Positions 48,580-64,000 of a DNA stretch of 64,000 nucleotides are shown piece after piece; within the stretch, counting starts at the first letter, position 1; every line of letters starts with the position of its first letter. Both the position numbers and the translations under genes were made by a program. This DNA is from Macrostomum lignano. Lineage: Eukaryota. The stretch lies in assembly GCA_002269645.1 (NCBI GenBank), contig NIVC01000910.1, positions 136,944-200,943 of the forward strand, in the 5' to 3' direction. Under the pieces are notes generated by a model. That model saw only the letters and a program-made list of their open reading frames with translations, was not told the DNA's origin and made no database searches.

Positions 48580-48629
48580 GTAGCCCTTTTTAATATTCGA
48601 AGCTTGAGCTTGTGCAGATGTCGGGTATA

Positions 48630-48780
48630 GATTGTGTCTAGATGTCTGACTAGATTGTGCTTAGATATCTGACTAGATTGTGTCTAGATATCTGACTAGA
48701 TTGTGCTGAGATATCTGACTAGATTGTGCTGAGATATATGACTTTGTGCTGAGATATCTGACTAGATTGTGCTGAGATAC
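48630..48780. repeat. 23-bp minisatellite (TAGATATCTGACTAGATTGTGTC)n
   Basis: Directly visible downstream of the GGCT stop. Confidence 0.85.
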
Positions 48781-49379
48781 AGTGTATCTGTCTGGGTGAA
48801 ATCCTAAAGCTGCAATTTTCAACTAGTTTTTGTATATTTAAAGCTTCAACTGTGCCGAATATTGCTTTTAATAAAGATATCGCTTGTTCTATGCATAATG
48901 GGTGACAGGGTACATTTATAGTCTGCATCGAAGAATTTTGATACGTTTTAGATCTTCAGTGATTTCTTTCTACTCTGTGTCTCTGGGCAGCGGGCTGAGT
49001 TGTTCAATTTGAAACCTGGTGGGAAACCTCATGAGCGGCTCTTGAACTGCTTATTTGAAATAAAAATGTTAGCGTTATGTTATTGCAATATTTATTAATA
49101 GAAAGTTCCTATAAAATCGATTATCATCAAACTTTAATCTGTTGGAGTTCAAAAGTGATTTTTTTCTCCAAGTTATTACTTACAGTAGATAGTTAAATAA
49201 ATGTAAATAGATGTACAATCTGGCTTTTCCCGAAGTTATTCCCCGATGCATGAGGTCTATTGTGCCCTAAAATCTGGTTCAATCCGGAATTGATGTTTAG
49301 CGACTTTGTCTATGAAATTTTACATTCTTCAGCTATAGATTAGCAATCCATTATAGTATATAGTTTAGCAATACACATT

Positions 49380-49970
49380 CTGGTCTATAGATTAGCAATC
49401 CACTAGTCTATAGATTAGCAATCCACTAGTCTATAGATTAGCAATTCACTAGTCTATATATTAGCAATCCACTAGTCTATAGATTAGCAATCCACTAGTC
49501 TATAGATTAGCAATCCACTAGTCTATAGATTAGCAATCCACTATTCTATATATTAGCAATCCACTAGTCTATAGATTAGCAATCCACTAGTCTATAGATT
49601 AGCAATTCACTAGTCTATAGATTAGCAATCCACTAGTCTATAGATTAGCAATCCACTAGTCTATAGATTAGCAATTCACTAGTCTATATATTAGCAATCC
49701 ACTAGTCTATAGATTAGCAATCCACTAGTCTATAGATTAGCAATCCACTAGTCTATAGATTAGCAATCCACTAGTCTATAGATTAGCAATCCACTAGTCT
49801 ATAGATTAGCAATCCACTATTCTATATATTAGCAATCCACTAGTCTATAGATTAGCAATCCACTATTCTATATATTAGCAATCCACTAGTCTATAGATTA
49901 GCAATCCACTAGTCTATAGATTAGCAATTCACTAGTCTATAGATTAGCAATCCACTTGTCTATAGATTAG
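49380..49970. repeat. 23-bp minisatellite (TAGATTAGCAATCCACTAGTCTA)n
   Basis: Directly visible. Confidence 0.95.
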
Positions 49971-50117
49971 AAGTACATTTTAATCAATGTCGATAATACT
50001 TGAGAATTTATAGCTAAATTAAATCTGGCCACTGAAGATACAGATTTTAACATTTAAGGCTTCTTCACAGCGTTGTCATTGAGCCATTGAAATTATATAC
50101 GGCTGACGTGCCAGGAG

Positions 50118-50320
50118 TACACTTAGCCACCAATACACTTAGCCACCAATACACTTAGCCACCAATACACTTAGCCACCAATACACTTAGCCACCAATAC
50201 ACTTAGCCACCAATACACTTAGCCACCAATACACTTAGCCACCAATACACTTAGCCACCAATACACTTAGCCACCAATACACTTAGCCACCAATACACTT
50301 AGCCACCAATACACTTAGCC
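50118..50320. repeat. 16-bp perfect minisatellite (ACACTTAGCCACCAAT)n
   Basis: Directly visible. Confidence 0.95.
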
Positions 50321-50799
50321 ACGCGAAAAATATGGGTATACATTAAAAAGAAGCCGCCTTCTCCGCGTTCTCTAGTAGCCTCACTCTACATCAATTGTCC
50401 AATAATTGTCCAATAATAGTTGATGTAGCCTGACAATTAGAAAGTCAGGGCCGCTGTACACACTGCGTGAGCGATTGTATTAGTGCGTGCATTGCGCCAG
50501 TGTGCTCATGTTTTATTGGATTTCTTAGGTCCCAGTTTGCCAGACAAAACAGAAACGACTCAAATCATACAGTTGAATCGGTTTACCAGCAATTACGTAA
50601 ACCTCGTATATTATAACACTTTAGCCTTATTTTGAGCCAGCTATACTGGAGTATTAAAAAACCATCGCTTTCAAGTGACGATTAACCTTCAGCGCATCGT
50701 TAAGGATTAGCGATTAAAAGAAACTTTATTTCTTTTGTCTGTCGTATTATCAAAATTGCAACCTGATGCCGCACAACATGTTGTCAGGCCGATAGTCTA

Positions 50800-52214
50800 T
50801 CACTGCCGACCGCGGCCAGGCAGTGGGCAGAGGCACACGCACTTGGAGCCGTACCAGCCTTGCTGATAGTATCCGTAACAGTCCGAGGCGGCCAGTCCAG
50901 AGCCAAACTTGCGCCGGCATGTTCGGGTGCAGTACAGCATTAGCTGTTTGTAGTACTTGTCTGCGAAAAGTGGCCGGCGGGGGTCGGAGAAGTGCTGGCG
51001 TCACAGTATAATTTAATGAAGAGTACATGTATAGCAAGAGAAGAATTTAAAGCGAATCTCTTAGCTTGTATAGCGTGTGCGAAAAGGGTTGCATCCTGAT
51101 AAGGAACTTATAGATCTGTCGTCTTTTAGTATGCATGCTTTCATACAACGCATACATGTAGCGCTGAATAAGGGTTCCGTCATACACTGCAGGATCTGCA
51201 CGTAATGTGGCACCTTCCAATGTGACGCCCTCTCGGACATCTGTGACGCCTTCCCGGACATCTATAGCGCCCTCCCGGACATCTATAGCGCCCTCCCGGA
51301 CATCTATAGCGCCCTCCCGGACATCTATAGCGCCCTCCCGGACATCTATAGCGCCCTCCCGGACATCTATAGCGCCCTCCCGGACATCTATAGCGCCCTC
51401 CCGGACATCTATAGCGCCCTCCCGGACATCTATAGCGCCCCCTCCCGGACATACTGTGACGCCTTCCCGGACATCTATAGCGCCCTCCCGGACATACTGT
51501 GACGCCCTCCCGGACATACTGTGACGCCCTCCCGGACATACTGTGGCGCCCTCCCAGACATCTACATGTATAGCGCCCTCCCGGACATACTGTGTGGCGC
51601 CCTCCTGGACATCTATAGCGCCCTCCCGGACGTACTGTGACGCCTTCCCGGACATCTACATGTATAGCGCCCTCCCGGACATACTGTGACGCCTTCCCGG
51701 ACATCTACATGTATAGCGCCCTCCCGGACATACTGTGACGCCCTCCCGGACATACTGTGGCGCCCTCCCGGACATACTGTGACACCCTCCCGGACATTTA
51801 TAGCGCCCTCCCGGTCATACTGTGGCGCCCTCCCGGACATCTATAGCGCCCTCCCGCACATACTGTGACGCCCTCCCGGACATACTGTGGCGCCCTCCCG
51901 GACATACTGTGGCGCCCTCCCGGACATACTGTGGCGCACTTCCTAACATACTGTAGCGCCATCAACCGAGTTTAATCGGGTCGAAGTTTGTACATGTAAT
52001 AGAAGGCGGAATCCAAATCAAACCTCGTACATGCAAATGCATCAAGGCGCTTACGCAGATTGAAGACCGATCGCTTATCTCGACTGCCCCCCAGTAATCC
52101 GGCAGTGCGAGCTTTTCCGGCAGTCATTTCTGGCACAGCTGAGGACAGGTGAGCTGTCAGCTGGAGCATTGCGCAGCAGCAGATCAGCATAGCAACAGCC
52201 GACATTGAACGCAT
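50800..52214 (-). CDS. Secreted cationic six-cysteine prepropeptide (defensin/mytilin-like), 106 aa
   Basis: Exon 52214-52055 encodes MRSMSAVAMLICCCAMLQLTAHLSSAVPEMTAGKARTAGLLGGSRDKRSVFNL plus C|GTAAGC (phase 1). Exon 50960-50800 follows CTTTTCGCAG and gives H-KYYKQLMLYCTRTCRRKFGSGLAASDCYGYYQQGWYGSKCVCLCPLPGRGRQ*. An AATAAA lies at 50730-50725. The layout is signal peptide, short propeptide, KR site and a CxxxC...C...CxCxC mature domain. Confidence 0.75.
51210..51960. repeat. 21-bp-based minisatellite (GGACATCTATAGCGCCCTCCC)n filling the peptide-gene intron
   Basis: Directly visible. Confidence 0.95.
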
Positions 52215-53334
52215 AATCACTGTAGCAACCACGCGGATGTCTAAAATAACGTGCCGAAGTAAAAACGAGCGGAGGGATTTTTCAAAAAGAAGAAATCTGC
52301 AACAGAATCGCGGAGCCGTCGATAGATTTTAAAGGGTAACAGCTACATGTGTAGCCGAAGCTACCGGAGGATCATGATTGGCTGCTATGCTATTAACAGC
52401 TGCATAGAACCAAGCAATTTGCAGTCTTCTCAGCTTTCAACTATCTACAGTCAGGCTCTGCGTGGGCGGCTGGCAGCCCGTATATCCATGGCAGCAGATG
52501 CGCCGTTCGCGTGATCTATAGTACTTTATTTGATCTGCGGTTACAACAAGGAATCGAAATGGAGTAAAATGATACTAATCTTTTTCTACGAGCGTGATTT
52601 CAACTGCACCGCCCTACTCTTTGGGCGAAACTGGACGACATGAGAAATTGGTATTCCTTGGAGACGTGCTAGCTATAGTATGAGCCTTTGTTGGAATGAA
52701 TTCAGCTTCAGACGTACGACTCGTCTCTGCCTGCGTTCACTTCGTTAGACCGCTATTTTTATATCTTCTCCGGATCCTGGACCCGATCTCTATATTCAGC
52801 TAGGATATGTGTGGCTCAAGATTCAATATACTCCCGCCCTAGCAACTAAACTCAGTATCTACATCTAAATCAATAGATACGTACTGGCACTTGACGACTT
52901 AATTGATTTGTAGAGTGGCATAGATTAACAGCTAGCTCAGGCTCTTCAGAGCCGATTAAATAACTATAGTGCTAGTGCAGATCTGTAACGACTATAAGCA
53001 ATACAATTTGCTCACGGGTTAATGTGAAATCTAAAATAGATTGATAATATACGCAAATGGGGCTGATAGAATCCATTAAAATGCATTACACTTATTGACA
53101 AGCTAGCTATAGCTGAGATCCACTTCACTCATGGATTGGCAATGTCACGTGGACAGCAAATTGGAGCAAGTAGGTTTTTTTCCACGAGGTTTATCTATCA
53201 ATTAATATTTTTAATTCTTAAAGGCTCGTTTACTCCGTCATGAAGTCACGGTAATTTTAGGGCGATCACGCGACTTGCACATATGATTTCGTCCCTTTGT
53301 ACTGTTACCATAGAAAAATTTCCACGAATTGAGG

Positions 53335-54580
53335 TATTTACCATAGACATCTAACTATATCTGTCTATTTACCATAGACATTAACTATATCTGTCTATTT
53401 ACCATAGACATCTTACTATATCTGTCTATTTACCATAGACATCTTACTATATCTGTCTATTTACCATAGACATTAACTATATCTGTCTATTTACCATAGA
53501 CATCTAACTATATCTGTCTATTTACCATACACATCTAACTATATATGTCTATTTACCATAGACATCTAACTATATCTGTCTATTTACCATAGACATTAAC
53601 TATATCTGTCTATTTACCATAGGCATCTAACTATATCTGTCTATTTACCATAGACATCTAACTATATCTGTCTATTTACCACAGACATCTAACTATATCT
53701 GTCTATTTACCATAGACGTTAACTATATCTGTCTATTTACCATAGACATCTTACTATATCTGTCTATTTACCATAGACATCTAACTATATATGTCTATTT
53801 ACCATAGACATTAACTATATCTGTCTATTTACCATAGGCATCTAACTATATCTGTCTATTTACCATAGACATCTAACTATATCTGTCTATTTACCATAGA
53901 CATCTAACTATATCTGTCTATTTACCATAGACATCAAACTATATCTGTCTATTTACCATAGACATTAACTATATCTGTCTATTTACCATAGGCATCTAAC
54001 TATATCTGTCTATTTACCATAGACATCTAACTATATCTGTCTATTTACCATAGACATCTAACTATATCTGTCTATTTACCATAGACATCTAACTATATCT
54101 GTCTATTTACCATAGACATCTAACTATATCTGTCTATTTACCATAGACATCTAACTATATCTGTCTATTTACCATAGACGTTAACTATATCTGTCTATTT
54201 ACCATAGACATCTAACTATATATGTCTATTTACCATAGACGTTAACTATATCTGTCTATTTACCATAGGCATCTAACTATATCTGTCTATTTACCATAGA
54301 CATCTAACTATATCTGTCTATTTACCATAGACATTAACTATATCTGTCTATTTACCATAGACATCTAATTATATCTGTCTATTTACCATAGACATCTAAC
54401 TATATCTGTCTATTTACCATAGACATCTAACTATATCTGTCTATTTACCATAGACATCTAACTATATATGTCTATTTACCATAGACATCTAACTATATCT
54501 GTCTATTTACCATAGACATCTAACTATATCTGTCTATTTACCATAGACATCTAACTATATCTGTCTATTTACCATAGACA
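53335..54580. repeat. 31-bp satellite (TTTACCATAGACATCTAACTATATCTGTCTA)n, about 40 copies
   Basis: Directly visible. Confidence 0.97.
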
Positions 54581-55271
54581 AATTCCGCAAAGCGAGCTTT
54601 TTACCGTCGACAAGACTCAGTCGAGAATGAAAATGAAAAAACGCGTAAAACAGCAAAATGAGTTATCGGTAGCATTTCAGCCGACAAGAATAGCGTTGTC
54701 ATCGTCGCATATAGCAAGCAGATAAGTTAAAATTTGCAACACAAAATGCATTATTAAATCCCAAAATTTCAGTTTTTATAAGGAACCCGTGTATTATAAT
54801 TTATAAGTTTATATTTCAGTATTGATAACATACTCGACAATTGACAAAAACAGTGCACTAAAGAAAATGATTACAAATACACATTCAAGTGCTTTGTACT
54901 AGATATATTCAATTAAAAATCATGTGCCTACTAGTATTCAATATTACTCAAATAAGCTGCACATACAAACAAATATTTAGTTAGTTAACTTACGCGCATT
55001 AATCTGTTATGTAGCTTACTTATTATTGCTACTACAAGTAGTGCAAACGGATGTTGAAAACAGAACACAAACGGGCGAAGTGCGTGGAATTAATTAAATG
55101 TATGCTGAAAATTTAACAAACAACAAAGTGAAACTCGCTAAACAATTTTCATTTTATTTAACACAAGTTTTGATCCTGGTATTAAATATTTTGGTTTATT
55201 TAGCCTGGTTACACAAAGTAGGCAATAGATATTAGATCATAGTAGGGACAAAATAACTCGGATTAAGTTTC

Positions 55272-62477
<7,206 letters not shown>

Positions 62478-64000
62478 CTAGTAGAGAAGCAATAGTTATT
62501 TCAATCAGTGACGTTGTCTAGTTGAAGTATCGAGGCAGTGTAATGCACACTCGTATTCCTAATAACAAAGCTTATATGAGGCTTTCTATTCAAAAGTGTC
62601 TATGGCCATCTGAGCTGAAGATAATAAGCTGGTTTTCAATGAATTGATTGTGCATTTGAGTGGAAGAAGAGTAAAATAAAGGTGGAAGACGAGTGTGAAA
62701 GATACCTGTTGTTATCTGTCTAACTTTTCAATAACTTTGACAATCGGCAGAGTATTTCCTTTAATCAAATACTTAGCATTACATTCACGACACTGCATGA
62801 TAGCAGACAAATGAACCAGCAATCTAGTTTTGCCATGATTTGGCCTATTATCTCACCTATTTAAGTAGTCTTAGTAGTCCTAAGTATAATCCTAGTAGGT
62901 CAAGTACTTACTGCTACCAGTACATTGACTAAATTTACATTTAATCGACAGATTTTTATTACAAAGTATATTGATATCAATTTAGAGCAGCTTCTGTAAT
63001 GCAAAGAGTAAGTTAAACAGTTAAAATAAGAAATTTAAATTGAAAACAAGCAAAGAAATATTCTAACAATTCTAACAATGACAGTTTATAATACGAGCTA
63101 TTAGTGAGTTCCATATCAATTTAATAGTCTACTTGCTTTGTCTATTGGTTCTAATGTGTGATTCAAATTGGTTTTATCCCTAATGTGCTAATAGATAACC
63201 CTAAATGGTCTAAAATGTCTGAGACTATTTAGTATCAATATGTTACTTATAACCACTGCACTATAATTGTTTTATAATCTATAATCTAATCTAATTGCTA
63301 AAAAGTTTAGTAAAAAATACCAAATATATATTTTAATGTTAATTTGTTATAAAAGCTAATATATTATCTTGCCTTGATTTGCTTTAACAAAAATTTATTA
63401 TAGAAAAAGTAAGATATAGTAGTTATAATAATATAATTAATCTTGATACTAATTGATAATAAATTACTTTTCATTGCATATAAAATCAAAATAACTATCT
63501 AGCAATTTAAGTATATTGAATCTACTAAAAGTAACAATTATTAACTAGATATCATTTTAGTTTTGTTGTAAGACTTGGCTATAGTCAAAGTAATACTCTT
63601 GTCTCAGAAATTGACCATATATAAATTGATTTTGATACTTTCAGATATTTTTTGGCTTTGTCTAACTATTATTATTAGTTGTACTATGTTTAACCATTTT
63701 GTAGTTCATTATTAGTATTGGAACAGTTTTGGGTTTTCTCTTTTGATTTTTATTATTGTCATTTTAAATGAACCTTTAAGCAAAAAGCAGTCTTTATGGC
63801 CATGATTATATGCTAAAATGCCCTTAGTAGGCTAAGTCTACTTTTTATTATAAACATGTAAGCCATTTTGGTACAAAGCTAAACTTACAAATGCTAGGCA
63901 TAAAGTATAATTAGGCAAACCATATTTTATTATAATTAGTTTTACATAGATTAGTATTCCACTGTAGCCATAGCTACAGCTACGGGATCCTATAGCAAAT

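Noticed and set aside
51972-52232. Unspliced 86-aa ORF as a stand-alone neuropeptide (KR-SVFNL-RKR)
   Set aside because: The RKR codons overlap a strong GTAAGC donor, and the spliced model gives a coherent six-Cys domain with a polyA signal. Intron retention is not excluded.

Overview
Eukaryotic (animal) genomic DNA with GT-AG introns, many of them filled by their own tandem repeat. GC-rich exons and minisatellite-stuffed introns suggest a free-living flatworm such as Macrostomum, which is inference only. Recognisable genes are IFT54/TRAF3IP1 (+, 6284-15701), a Vax-class homeobox gene (-, 32093-41709) with a ~7 kb 20-mer satellite in intron 1, GGCT (+, 47956-48579) and DHX15/Prp43 (-, 55272-62477, 5' end not found, one apparent frameshift). 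Manual splicing recovered four genes the ORF track misses or splits. These are a neuropeptide-like prohormone (YDPLLAI and YDPLQFI peptides; 20303-22164), a cationic six-Cys defensin/mytilin-like prepropeptide (-, 50800-52214), a 61-aa single-pass microprotein with an upstream X-box-like motif (27805-30500) and an orphan type I membrane protein (-, ~91-3337). Mobile DNA includes an RTE-like LINE remnant with a 10-bp target-site duplication, a CORE-SINE, a second tRNA-derived SINE family, several MITE-like hairpins and a foldback-like pair of inverted satellite arrays. The very long ORFs in the track (for example 33039-40079) are tandem-repeat artefacts. No rRNA, true tRNA or CRISPR array was found.
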